Below, one piece after another: positions 1-9,280 of a DNA stretch of 64,000 nt. The stretch lies in the IMG/VR virus record IMGVR_UViG_3300045988_115163. One strand, written 5' to 3'. Position 1 is the stretch's first letter. Every line of letters starts with the position of its first letter. Below the pieces are notes generated by a model, which did not search any database, was not told the DNA's origin, and saw only the letters and a program-made list of their open reading frames with translations. The position numbers and the translations under genes are program-made. The DNA comes from a virus.

Positions 1-135
1 GGATACATATACTATTCTATGAAACATTATTGGTGGGGGATGCTTGATTCATTTCCCGGAAAAGTAATTATTAAAGAAGACATATTAGTAGATGATAGCG
101 ATTTGTGGATGAATATTCCAGCTATAAACGAATAA
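1..135 (+). CDS. hypothetical protein, C-terminal fragment (5' end outside window)
   Basis: Frame 1 is open from base 1 to TAA at 133-135. It has the same orientation as the downstream gene array. Confidence 0.3.
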   Translation, partial: GYIYYSMKHYWWGMLDSFPGKVIIKEDILVDDSDLWMNIPAINE

Positions 136-153
136 TAAAGAAAGGATAACAAC

Positions 154-246
154 ATGGAAATATTAGATTTTATGGGTAGTGTATTGATGGGAATTGCAGT
201 GTTTGTTTGGTTGATATGCAACGCTTTTAAACAACTAACTAAATAA
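154..246 (+). CDS. small hydrophobic protein (30 aa)
   Basis: ATG at 154. The product MEILDFMGSVLMGIAVFVWLICNAFKQLTK has one hydrophobic helix. It is below the ORF-track size cutoff. Confidence 0.25.
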   Translation: MEILDFMGSVLMGIAVFVWLICNAFKQLTK

Positions 247-253
247 TCAGAAT

Positions 254-445
254 ATGAATAAAATAATCAAGATTTCGAATCTGAAAGAAGGTGACACTTT
301 TATCTATAAAGGCGTCCTGTATGAAGTTTGGAGGAAACAAAAATGGTTTACTTGTTGTAAGTATTTGAATGATAAATATCGTTATGGCGGCTGGTGTAAG
401 TATCTTTATTGTGACTTTAATAATAATATAAAAGTAGAAATATGA
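254..445 (+). CDS. hypothetical protein
   Basis: ATG ORF in a head-to-tail array. No recognisable motif. Confidence 0.5.
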   Translation: MNKIIKISNLKEGDTFIYKGVLYEVWRKQKWFTCCKYLNDKYRYGGWCKYLYCDFNNNIKVEI

Positions 446-460
446 AAATAAATTAACATT

Positions 461-709
461 ATGAAAGAAATAGATTTAAACGATACTGTTAGTGTAGAAC
501 TCTCTGAATGGGGAGCTACATATCTTAATGCGATGAATACATTTAATCAAATTATTTCTCCAACAGAATGTCACTCCCTGTATAAGACTAACTATAAATC
601 GGGTGATATTTACAAAGACCAGCTTTGGCAGTTGATATTAGATTTCAAAGATGGAATTAGAATTGACAAAGAGAAACCATTTAATAAGTTAAATAAAGTG
701 ATTGATTAA
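461..709 (+). CDS. hypothetical protein
   Basis: ATG ORF in a head-to-tail array. Confidence 0.55.
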   Translation: MKEIDLNDTVSVELSEWGATYLNAMNTFNQIISPTECHSLYKTNYKSGDIYKDQLWQLILDFKDGIRIDKEKPFNKLNKVID

Positions 710-733
710 TACTATAAAGGAAGGAACAAAAAT

Positions 734-955
734 ATGGAAAAATTAAAATCAGACATTGAAATAATTGATTATCTTAATCGTTTAGACTGGATTACAAAAG
801 TAATGGTATATCCCAGTGAAATTATTGGGGAAATAAATAAAGAGACGACAACTATCGATAGAAAAGATTTAAACCAATTAAACGCCCTTATTGATAGTGA
901 TTATTACATAATGTTTCAAAGTAGGTTAATTTGTATCGAACGATTTAATGTATAA
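734..955 (+). CDS. hypothetical protein
   Basis: ATG ORF preceded by the ACTATAAAGG junction motif. Confidence 0.55.
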   Translation: MEKLKSDIEIIDYLNRLDWITKVMVYPSEIIGEINKETTTIDRKDLNQLNALIDSDYYIMFQSRLICIERFNV

Positions 956-971
956 CTTAAAATAAAAGAAC

Positions 972-1187
972 ATGTTTATAGTAATTAAAAGTAAAGGAAA
1001 GAATATCCGGTTGAAAGCGGATTCTATTCAAGAGTATAGCGTAGACGGTAAATCAGTAGTAACCGGATGGTATTATTTAACTATTGTGATTCGTGGTAAA
1101 GAACGTAAATTCTGCTGGGACACGGAACGAGAGATGAAAAAATACGTTGAATATCTGGATAACAAACTAAAAGTTGAAGTAATATGA
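972..1187 (+). CDS. hypothetical protein
   Basis: ATG ORF. Its stop overlaps the next start (ATGA). Confidence 0.55.
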   Translation: MFIVIKSKGKNIRLKADSIQEYSVDGKSVVTGWYYLTIVIRGKERKFCWDTEREMKKYVEYLDNKLKVEVI

Positions 1188-1432
1188 AAACATTGAAACT
1201 TTGTATTCTTGCCGGAATATTGACGATAGCATCAGCTTGCCAACATGGAAATGTAACATCTGATTCAGAAGAACAAATTGAATATGATGTATTAGTAATT
1301 GACTCATGCGAATACATTTTAGTACAATCTGTGACGTATGGCGAACTTTATGTAACCTGTGTTACTCACAAAGGTAATTGTAAATACTGTAAAGAAAGGA
1401 GGGATAATGAAAAGATGGGAAGACCATTATAA
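1184..1432 (+). CDS. putative lipoprotein
   Basis: The N-terminus MKTLKLCILAGILTIASAC has a signal peptide and a lipobox-like ASAC. Confidence 0.55.
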   Translation: MKTLKLCILAGILTIASACQHGNVTSDSEEQIEYDVLVIDSCEYILVQSVTYGELYVTCVTHKGNCKYCKERRDNEKMGRPL

Positions 1433-2051
1433 GGCAAGAGTTGATAATCGGTTCTATCTTAAAAGTTTCATTATCAAATACAAACGGTTTTTAGACGAGA
1501 TAATTATCAATATCAAATCAATGCCGGAAAAAGGTATCGTTTTCAAAGAAGAAGGTTGTGGAATAGGAACGGTTAGTCGTGCTTTAAATGTGGAGATATA
1601 CGATTTATGTAAGGCTTTGGGAATTACCAAAGAATCTTATAACTTTGATATCTCAAAAGTAATTTGCACCGACATAGATAGAGACATGCTCGCTTTATGT
1701 TGTGAAAATACGTATAAGATGGAAGAGGGTTTATTAAGTTCTGTTCCTTTGGCTTATCTCAAAGAAGATATTCGGGAAACAAAGTTCTTTGAATATCCTA
1801 CAGTGGTGGTTACGCATGGAGTATTAGAACATTTTGAAGATGAAGACATAACACAAATTATGGAAACATATAAAGACCGGAATGTCCGCTTTCATGCGCA
1901 TTATGTACCTACTGATAAGTATGAAAAACCTTCTTTCGGAGATGAACGGTTAATGCCTGTATCAAAATGGGTATCTTTAACAAATCCAGATTATTACATT
2001 GTGGATAATGCCGGATGTGATTTATATCTATTCTTTAATAACGAACAATAA
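1407..2051 (+). CDS. class I SAM-dependent methyltransferase
   Basis: Motif I EEGCGIGTVS and the post-motif VVTHGVLEHF are present. The start was moved to the ATG at 1407, just after AGGAGGG. Confidence 0.65.
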   Translation: MKRWEDHYKARVDNRFYLKSFIIKYKRFLDEIIINIKSMPEKGIVFKEEGCGIGTVSRALNVEIYDLCKALGITKESYNFDISKVICTDIDRDMLALCCENTYKMEEGLLSSVPLAYLKEDIRETKFFEYPTVVVTHGVLEHFEDEDITQIMETYKDRNVRFHAHYVPTDKYEKPSFGDERLMPVSKWVSLTNPDYYIVDNAGCDLYLFFNNEQ

Positions 2052-2055
2052 TAGT

Positions 2056-2397
2056 ATGGAAATTGAAAGATTTAAGATAGGGAAATCATTACCATGTCCC
2101 TATGGTATGGTTAATATAGCAGGAATAACATATATCGTTGATAGCAAATCCTGTAGAAGATGTATATGCTGGCGAGGCTCATCTGATAAAGAAGTTTTTT
2201 GTGGCTATCAATCAATATCTTCTTTTTTGAATATGACTTCAAAAAAAGAAGATATTACAAAACTCTTGGCAGATAAATATGTGTTAGACCAAAATTTCAA
2301 TGATAAATCATCAAATGAAGACTGGGAAGAGTTTACAGCAAGAAAGATGAAAGATGCGTTTATGGCTGGATATAAAGAAGGAAAGGAGAGCAAATAG
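2056..2397 (+). CDS. hypothetical protein (Cys-rich N-terminus)
   Basis: ATG at 2056 follows the stop of the previous gene. CPYG...CRRCICW could be a zinc-binding motif. Confidence 0.5.
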   Translation: MEIERFKIGKSLPCPYGMVNIAGITYIVDSKSCRRCICWRGSSDKEVFCGYQSISSFLNMTSKKEDITKLLADKYVLDQNFNDKSSNEDWEEFTARKMKDAFMAGYKEGKESK

Positions 2398-2398
2398 T

Positions 2399-2662
2399 AT
2401 GTTTATAATTATTCTTATATTTGGTATTATAGCGATAATTGCAGGTACGTTAAATGTTTTTTGTTCCTGTAAAGGAGATAAACGAGGATTGTTTGGAATA
2501 ATATTCGTAGCCGCAGGAGTATCTTTTATAATATACTCTTTTAATGAAGAATTTCGAAAGGATGTAGTTAAAGATTATCTACGAGGGAGAATAACTGTAA
2601 CTTATCAAGATGTATATCAAGATTCTCTCATCATAAGGAGAGATACAATAATTAATTTTTAA
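2399..2662 (+). CDS. small membrane protein
   Basis: ATG at 2399, 2 nt after the previous stop. Two hydrophobic helices (FIIILIFGIIAIIAG, GLFGIIFVAAGVSFIIY). Confidence 0.5.
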   Translation: MFIIILIFGIIAIIAGTLNVFCSCKGDKRGLFGIIFVAAGVSFIIYSFNEEFRKDVVKDYLRGRITVTYQDVYQDSLIIRRDTIINF

Positions 2663-2674
2663 AAAGTAAACATT

Positions 2675-3145
2675 ATGGAATTAAAAATAGAAAAAGAAAA
2701 CGCTATCAAAGCGTGGAAAGAAGGAAATGCAGAAACAAAGAAAGCATTGGAGAACTTGTACGGAAAAGAAGTATTTAATATGAAAATCACTGACCAAGTG
2801 AAGACATTTGAAGATGCGTATGAATTTGCTGGAAGACCACAAAGACCGAATTTCAATGTATTTCCTTTTTATGACCGTTCGTTTTATGAAAACATGTGGA
2901 AGATGTCTATTATTACAATGGTATTGAACGAAGGTTGGGAACCCGATTGGGACAACTCAGACGAACCAAAGTACTATCCTTACTTTAAAATGTACCCGTC
3001 TGGCTTCGCTTTCATTGGTACGACTTACGACTATGCGGATGCGTATGCGTGTTGCGGGTCTCGTCTTCGTTTCCGAACGAGCGAATTAGCGAGATATGCG
3101 GGCGAACAGTTCGTGGATATCTGGAAAGCTATTCAATTAGGATAA
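2675..3145 (+). CDS. hypothetical protein
   Basis: ATG ORF of 156 aa. No motif recognised. Confidence 0.55.
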   Translation: MELKIEKENAIKAWKEGNAETKKALENLYGKEVFNMKITDQVKTFEDAYEFAGRPQRPNFNVFPFYDRSFYENMWKMSIITMVLNEGWEPDWDNSDEPKYYPYFKMYPSGFAFIGTTYDYADAYACCGSRLRFRTSELARYAGEQFVDIWKAIQLG

Positions 3146-3166
3146 AATGAGATAAAGGTATAGATT

Positions 3167-3493
3167 ATGGAAGAAGAATGGAAAGATATTAAAGGATACG
3201 AGGGATTATATCAAATATCAAATTTAGGAAGAGTAAAATCGTTAGAGAGAAAAGCTAATCATGTTAGTGGAAAAAGAAATGTAACTGAACGATTTATCAA
3301 GCCTAATACATGTACATCTTATAAAAGTGTTTGTTTGAGTAAAAAAGGAATAGGTAAACGCTATCCAATACATAGATTAGTAGCTTTTCATTTTATTCCC
3401 AATCCTAATAATTATCCTTGCATAAATCACAAAGATTGTGATAAATATAACAATAAAGATACCAATTTAGAATGGTGTGATTATTCTACATGA
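3167..3493 (+). CDS. HNH homing endonuclease (NUMOD4 + HNH), short form
   Basis: NUMOD4 signature WKDIKGYEGLYQISNLGRVKS. HNH region INHKDCDKYNNKDTNLEW. The ORF ends right after the HNH motif. Confidence 0.75.
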   Translation: MEEEWKDIKGYEGLYQISNLGRVKSLERKANHVSGKRNVTERFIKPNTCTSYKSVCLSKKGIGKRYPIHRLVAFHFIPNPNNYPCINHKDCDKYNNKDTNLEWCDYST

Positions 3494-3849
3494 TTCAAAG
3501 AAGTACGGACAAGAGAGAAACAACATTTAGAAGAATCAATGTTCTATCGGAGAAAGTAACATCTTTGACAGAAAGTGAACTAACGGTGAATGCTGTACCG
3601 GTAAATAACTTCTTGAATACTATTGAAAATCTTCTGGATGAATTAAACGAGCTTAAAATTAAGTCGGAAGATATCTTTAACTATGTGGTAGCAACCAAGG
3701 ATATGTTTAAAAGACCGGACTTTGTACCTAGACAAAAATCAATAGAGGATTCTGTATTCTATGCTGTTATGTATTTGGCGCAAATTGATAAAATATGGGA
3801 TGATATGATTGAAGCCTGTAATCTGTTAGAGAAAGATTTGAAATGTTAA
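3490..3849 (+). CDS. hypothetical protein
   Basis: ATGA overlap with the HNH gene. 119 aa. Confidence 0.5.
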   Translation: MIQRSTDKRETTFRRINVLSEKVTSLTESELTVNAVPVNNFLNTIENLLDELNELKIKSEDIFNYVVATKDMFKRPDFVPRQKSIEDSVFYAVMYLAQIDKIWDDMIEACNLLEKDLKC

Positions 3850-3965
3850 ATCTGTCTTTTCTCTTGCATATATCAAAAAGAATATGGATATTTGCCAATG
3901 TATTAGAAGTCGGAAGCTAATGCGGACATGTTGAATTGATATTTATAAGTGATAAATATATGCCT

Positions 3966-4008
3966 AATCCCGTATTGTTCTTCCGACCTTGACAATACGG
4001 GATTTTTT
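3966..4008 (+). terminator. rho-independent terminator
   Basis: Stem AATCCCGTATTG / CAATACGGGATT followed by TTTTT. Confidence 0.65.
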
Positions 4009-4009
4009 A

Positions 4010-4046
4010 ATGCCGTATTGGATATTCTGATACGGCATATTTTTTA
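4010..4046 (+). terminator. second tandem rho-independent terminator
   Basis: Stem ATGCCGTAT / ATACGGCAT followed by ATTTTTT. Confidence 0.55.
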
Positions 4047-4434
4047 TCATTTAGAAGAGTGTTTTTAATGATTTGACTCTTACAAAATCTCAAAATGAGA
4101 ATTTATTTCTCTATCTGTCATATATACGTTGAGGTAGGATTCCTTGTTCCAGTGAATGCTCTGTTTATCCTAACAACATTCGACCTTGCGAGGGATTGTA
4201 TATATGTCGCATCGGGAGCGTCTGGAAGGACGAGCATATATCCACTTGGAAAGGAAGCGTTCAAGAGTACGGATATAAGGATAACAAGTTAAATGATAAA
4301 CAGGCGTAGACCAATCACCAAGCTACAAAGAAAGGGTAGCAAGGGAGATAAAGGAGCTTCTATATATCATTAATAAAAATCCGTATGAAAAAGAAGAAAT
4401 TTAAACCTAAAAAGAAAAAGATTATAAGTAAAAT

Positions 4435-4815
4435 ATGAAGAAGTTTGATTTAGAAGCTGCCTTAAAGGGAGCACCAGTAATAACCGGAGGAAATCATCCG
4501 GCACGAATAATATGTACGGATGCTAAAGGTAATTTACCTATCATTGCCTTAATATCAAACAACGGTGTAGAAAATCCGGTAAAATACACTTTAGATGGTA
4601 GATATTATACAAAAGGGACATCTGGTTATGACTTATACATGGATGTTGTTAAGAAGAAAGGGTATATCAATATTTGGGAGCATGAAAATGGCAAAAAATG
4701 GACAGAAGGTATATTCTCAACTAGAGACGAAGCTGAAAAAAATAAGGAGATAACAGCAATATATAATGCTCAAAAAGTTTATATATCTACAATAGAAATT
4801 GAATGGGAGGAATAA
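4435..4815 (+). CDS. hypothetical protein
   Basis: ATG ORF of 126 aa. Its stop lies 1 nt before the next start. Confidence 0.55.
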   Translation: MKKFDLEAALKGAPVITGGNHPARIICTDAKGNLPIIALISNNGVENPVKYTLDGRYYTKGTSGYDLYMDVVKKKGYINIWEHENGKKWTEGIFSTRDEAEKNKEITAIYNAQKVYISTIEIEWEE

Positions 4816-4816
4816 A

Positions 4817-6772
4817 ATGAAATTAATTGAATTAAAAAGATTGACGCTCTCTAATTGGAGAGGACAAAGCCGAAAGGTTGATTTTGAAGGAAGAACGGAT
4901 GTGTACGGAAAGAACAAGACAGGGAAAAGCTCTCTGAAAGATGCGTTCCTGTGGCTTCTTACCGGATATGACAGCAATAACCGGATGAACTTCAACTTGT
5001 TTGATAACAATATGGAGTATACCGCAGAAAACAATCCGGAAGCAAGTGTAGAAGGTGTATTCCTAATCAACGGTAACGAATATTCATTCAAGCGTACCGC
5101 AAAAATGGGATTTGTCCGTAAACGTGGAAACAAAGAATACGAACGAAAAGGGACAGACGACTATAAATTCTTGATGGATGGCATTGAGATGTCTGCCACT
5201 GAATACCGTACACGTATCAATGAGTTGTTTGCCGAGCAAAATGTACTTCGAATCATGCTGGATACCACTTATTTCTTAGGTATGGAATGGAAAGACCAGA
5301 GAACTTATCTGAGTCTGATGTCCGGTGAAATCAAGAAAGAAGACTATAAAGGCAAATATGACACTTTGTTTGAGAAGCTGGACAAATATACAATGGAAGA
5401 GATAAAGTCTCAAATTGCTACGATATGTGACCCTATTAAGGCTCAATTGAAGTCTTTCCCATTGACTATTCAAACTCTGGAAGAGAATTTGCCGGATATT
5501 TCCAAGGTAGAGGAAGCTAAAAAGAACATTGAGAATGACAAGATTCAAATTAAGGAAATCGAAGACATGATGAATGGTACAGCAGAATCTATCAAGCCTT
5601 TCATTGATAAGAGGAACAAAGAAATGCTGGAAATAAGCACGAAGAAAAATGAATTGATAAACCGGAAAAAGGCTTTTGAAGAAGAGCAGAAAGCCCCGAT
5701 AGAGATTGCCAGAAAGAATTTGGATAATATCTCTGCCAAGAATGAGGAAATAAAAGCTCAGAATGACAAGATTGAGAGAGACCGGAATAGGTATGAAACT
5801 CAGATAAAGACTTTTGAAGAATACGTAAAGCAGTGCGCACAAAGAAGAGAAGCGTTACTTGCTGAAAAGAATGAGGAAAAGGAAAAGCTGTTTGGAGAAG
5901 ATACTTGTCCGGTTTGCGGTCAGTCTTATCCAGAAAGTAAATTGGGAGAACTTCGGGCTTCTTTTGAAGAAAAGAAGAAAAATAGGCTTGAAACCATTAT
6001 CGCTCAGGGCAAAGCTAACAATTCACGAAAAGATTCTTTCTTGAAATCCATCCAAGAATTAAAAGAAGAAATAAATTCACTGCCTGAACCACAAGGATTG
6101 CATAGTGTGATTGAAGCGGTAGAAGAACTTCGGAAAGCAGAAGAGAACTGGAAACGATTTGAAGATACCGAAGAATATGCTTCCTTAATGGAAGAGATTC
6201 ACAATATGGAAGAGAATTTGACCGTTATTCCTGAACAAGACAATGCGGAAATGATTTCTATGAAAGAGACATTTATGAAGCATATCGAGGAAGAAAGTAA
6301 AATACTCGGATTGGTGGACGAACGCAAAAAGCAGGAACAGAAGATTGAAAATTTGAAGAAAGACCAAAGAGCCGCAGCCGAAAAACTGGCAGAACAGGAA
6401 CAATTGGATTACGAAATAAAGGAGTACGAAGAGGAAAGAGCAAAGATTGTATCTGACCGGGTAAACCGATATTTCAAACGTTGCCATATCACCATGATGT
6501 CGCAGGATAAGTCCGGGAAGTGGATACCGAATTGTGTCATTACGGCATTGGATGGCGCAAACTCCGCAACGAGCAACGGTGCAGAACGTATCCTTTTAGG
6601 AGTAGACATTTCAAATGCGTTTGCCGAATACTTTGGGATTAGTCTTCCTCTCTTCGTGGATGATGTGAATTTGATTAACGATGTCCATGCTGCTATTCAA
6701 ACCAAACATCAACTGATTAGCCTGATTGTATCGGAAGACGAAAGTTTAATCGTAAAGAGCAATGGACTATAA
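4817..6772 (+). CDS. SbcC/Rad50-like AAA ATPase with zinc hook
   Basis: N-terminal Walker A GKNKTGKSS. Very long coiled coil with a central CPVCG hook. C-terminal Walker-B-like LPLFVDDV. ATG at 4817. Confidence 0.75.
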   Translation: MKLIELKRLTLSNWRGQSRKVDFEGRTDVYGKNKTGKSSLKDAFLWLLTGYDSNNRMNFNLFDNNMEYTAENNPEASVEGVFLINGNEYSFKRTAKMGFVRKRGNKEYERKGTDDYKFLMDGIEMSATEYRTRINELFAEQNVLRIMLDTTYFLGMEWKDQRTYLSLMSGEIKKEDYKGKYDTLFEKLDKYTMEEIKSQIATICDPIKAQLKSFPLTIQTLEENLPDISKVEEAKKNIENDKIQIKEIEDMMNGTAESIKPFIDKRNKEMLEISTKKNELINRKKAFEEEQKAPIEIARKNLDNISAKNEEIKAQNDKIERDRNRYETQIKTFEEYVKQCAQRREALLAEKNEEKEKLFGEDTCPVCGQSYPESKLGELRASFEEKKKNRLETIIAQGKANNSRKDSFLKSIQELKEEINSLPEPQGLHSVIEAVEELRKAEENWKRFEDTEEYASLMEEIHNMEENLTVIPEQDNAEMISMKETFMKHIEEESKILGLVDERKKQEQKIENLKKDQRAAAEKLAEQEQLDYEIKEYEEERAKIVSDRVNRYFKRCHITMMSQDKSGKWIPNCVITALDGANSATSNGAERILLGVDISNAFAEYFGISLPLFVDDVNLINDVHAAIQTKHQLISLIVSEDESLIVKSNGL

Positions 6773-7127
6773 AATTATAATTAATCTAAGTCTTCTCAAT
6801 AACGCCATTGAAACGGAAGTGGAGATAGGAGATTCTATGGAAAAAGGAATATTTATTCCCTATAGATATGCTCCTATCTACAAAAAGAAAAAAGGCGTAT
6901 TTCTGTATCTATTTGCAAAGGAAAGAAGAGCAAATGCTTTCGGGCAGTCTCATTACCTCCGACCTAATTGTGATAAATTAAAATATGAACAAATAAAATT
7001 AGATACCGGTATGGATGAGCCATTTTCTATTCTTGGAAATATGAAAGTGCAGGGAGAAAACAAAGATTGGAGAAAAACAGAAAAAGACATTAAAAAATCA
7101 ATTGAAAATATTTTAGACAATGACTAA
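6762..7127 (+). CDS. hypothetical protein
   Basis: ATG ORF that overlaps the ATPase stop by 11 nt. Confidence 0.5.
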   Translation: MDYKIIINLSLLNNAIETEVEIGDSMEKGIFIPYRYAPIYKKKKGVFLYLFAKERRANAFGQSHYLRPNCDKLKYEQIKLDTGMDEPFSILGNMKVQGENKDWRKTEKDIKKSIENILDND

Positions 7128-7488
7128 GAAAGAGAAAAAAGAGACTTACAAAAGAGTCCAAGAATTAACCAAAGAGTTAATAAGTTGTTTAGTTGAACTG
7201 GAAGAAGATTATCTTATTTTGACGCCCAATGATGAAAAAACATATTCATCGGCTGTTGGATTTCCAAAAGATAAACTTCCGAATATGTATATGGGTGCAA
7301 TGGAAGATAAAGAAGAGGGTGGTGCTGTATATTCCGCTTTAGCTTTAACTGCATCTAACTATTACCTAAGTAAAGCATCAGATGAAGACGCTTCATTTGC
7401 TATGAAACAATTTTATAAAACCTTACAATTGAGGGAACTCTTCATTAAAAATATTTTTGGAGATAGTAAAGACGTGAATTTGAATTAA
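7120..7488 (+). CDS. hypothetical protein
   Basis: ATG ORF that overlaps the previous stop. Confidence 0.5.
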   Translation: MTKKEKKETYKRVQELTKELISCLVELEEDYLILTPNDEKTYSSAVGFPKDKLPNMYMGAMEDKEEGGAVYSALALTASNYYLSKASDEDASFAMKQFYKTLQLRELFIKNIFGDSKDVNLN

Positions 7489-7523
7489 TTTTGTATATTT
7501 GTAAACCATTAAAAATAAAAGAC

Positions 7524-7979
7524 ATGGAAGGAATTTATTATTTTAACGTAGCTCTGAAATATGATAAGCTGGACGAAAGGGGTGTATATAAAAAAGTTAC
7601 TGAACATTATCTCGTAAAGAGCTTTACCTGTAGTTCTGCCGAATATTCTATCATCCAAGAAATGCAGCCGTTTATTACAGGCGATTTCAAAGTCAATGCA
7701 GTTAAGGAATCCAAGTATTCAGAATTGTTTCTTTCCGAGGAAGCTGCGGCAGATAGATACTTTGAATGTAAACTAAAGTTCATTACCTTGGATGAAAAAT
7801 CCGGTAAGGAAAAGTTCACTCAAACTAAAATGCTGGTTCAAGCTGCCGACCTGCGAGACGCAGTTAAGAAATTAGACTCTGGGATGAAAGGCACGATGGC
7901 AGAATACCAGATTGTTTCTGTATCTGAGACAAATATCATGGATATATTTACCGAAGAAAACATAGAGCATGAAGGTTGA
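7524..7979 (+). CDS. hypothetical protein
   Basis: The track start at 7491 is TTG. The first ATG is at 7524 (MEGIYYFNV...). Confidence 0.5.
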   Translation: MEGIYYFNVALKYDKLDERGVYKKVTEHYLVKSFTCSSAEYSIIQEMQPFITGDFKVNAVKESKYSELFLSEEAAADRYFECKLKFITLDEKSGKEKFTQTKMLVQAADLRDAVKKLDSGMKGTMAEYQIVSVSETNIMDIFTEENIEHEG

Positions 7980-8304
7980 ACGAATTGAAGATGCAACCGA
8001 TATATATCTGAGAGGTAGTATTTGCCTCTCAGATGTACCCAAAGACATGATATATGTTTCTCCCAAAAACGGGAAGAAATATCTCTCTATAATAATCACC
8101 AAGTGCGATGAAATGAAATGGGAAAAATCCCATGAAGTAAAAACCGCACCAACTCAGGATGATAAGGCAAGAGGCGTGTCTCCAAGAAGTTTAGGTCTAC
8201 TAAGCGAATGGAAAAGAGACACTGGTGATACTACGCAGCCTAAAATGAAAGCTCCGAAAAAGGAAAAGCCTAAAACGGAAGAGATAGATGATTTGCCATT
8301 CTGA
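7969..8304 (+). CDS. small protein with SSB-type acidic C-terminal tip (possible ssDNA-binding or adaptor protein)
   Basis: The C-terminus EEIDDLPF matches the conserved SSB tail (DDDIPF / DDLPF). A Lys/Pro-rich linker precedes it. The gene lies directly upstream of the RecT-like gene. Confidence 0.4.
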   Translation: MKVERIEDATDIYLRGSICLSDVPKDMIYVSPKNGKKYLSIIITKCDEMKWEKSHEVKTAPTQDDKARGVSPRSLGLLSEWKRDTGDTTQPKMKAPKKEKPKTEEIDDLPF

Positions 8305-8362
8305 GCTACAAAGGTGATTAACCTATTTAAAGAACAAGGAATAAACTTAGAAATTATAAAAT

Positions 8363-9280
8363 ATGGAAGATAATAAAGATTTAGTAAAAGTAAACGTAGG
8401 CGACGAAGTAATTAGTCGCATTGATACACTCTGCAAGGTAGGATTTACCATGCCCGCAGATTATAACTACATTAACGCTATCAAAGCCGCCATGCTGGTA
8501 TTGGCAGATGTGAAAAACAAGAATGGCGTTCCGGCATTGCAAAGCTGTACAAAGAACAGTATTCAAACCGCACTCTTCAAGATGGCTACAAAAGGTTTGG
8601 ATATTTCAAAGAAGCAAGGATACATGATTGTTCGTGGCGACCAGCTTTGCTTTGAAGAAAGCTATTTTGGTACTTGTTTGCAGGCAAGAAGAGCATCACA
8701 ATATTTTGAACCAATTGCCAACATTATCTATAAAGGGGATATTTTTAAATTTGAAATTGACCCCAATACCGGACGCAAAAAGGTTCTTGAACATACTCAG
8801 ACTTTAGAATCTATTGATTCTGGCGAGATGGTTGGTGCTTATGCTTATGTTACCAATGACAAGGGAGAAACGGACATAGAGATTATGACGATGGCTCAAA
8901 TCCGCAAAAGCTGGTTTAAGAGTTCTTCTCAACAACAATTGGTACATAAGGAGTTTCCCGACCAAATGGCTCGCAGAACGGTAATTAAGAGAGGAGCAAA
9001 AATGCTCATCAATTCTTCAAAGTCTGTAGTAGACGACGATTTGGAAGAGGAAGTATTGAATCCAATAGATGCTTCACACCAGATTGAACCGGAATACGCT
9101 ACCTTTGAAGAGGTGCACAATGAAGTTCCTGCGGACGAACCGAAAGAAGCCGCATATAAAGAACAGGCAGATGCTTCGAAGAAATCAGGTAGAAGACCTA
9201 AAGCTAATCCAGAGCCTACTCCTGAACCTGCTCCGGCAGACCCACCTATTCAAGAGAACAACGAAGGCGAGGAGTTCTAA
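8363..9280 (+). CDS. recT: RecT-family single-strand annealing protein
   Basis: Size, a RecT-like core (KNSIQTALFKMATKGLDISKKQGYMIVRG ... GAYAYV ... MTMAQIRKSW) and an acidic/Pro-rich tail. Recombination-module context. Confidence 0.6.
   Translation: MEDNKDLVKVNVGDEVISRIDTLCKVGFTMPADYNYINAIKAAMLVLADVKNKNGVPALQSCTKNSIQTALFKMATKGLDISKKQGYMIVRGDQLCFEESYFGTCLQARRASQYFEPIANIIYKGDIFKFEIDPNTGRKKVLEHTQTLESIDSGEMVGAYAYVTNDKGETDIEIMTMAQIRKSWFKSSSQQQLVHKEFPDQMARRTVIKRGAKMLINSSKSVVDDDLEEEVLNPIDASHQIEPEYATFEEVHNEVPADEPKEAAYKEQADASKKSGRRPKANPEPTPEPAPADPPIQENNEGEEF

Noticed and set aside
27-221. Minus-strand 64-aa ORF at the left edge
   Set aside because: The plus strand has a continuing ORF (1-135) and a small ORF (154-246) in the same orientation as the rest of the operon. 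The minus ORF looks like a shadow.
4095-4292. 65-aa plus-strand ORF in the 3850-4434 non-coding island
   Set aside because: It lies downstream of two terminators, has no ribosome-binding-like sequence, and has an odd composition. The region is treated as a possible RNA or regulatory element instead.
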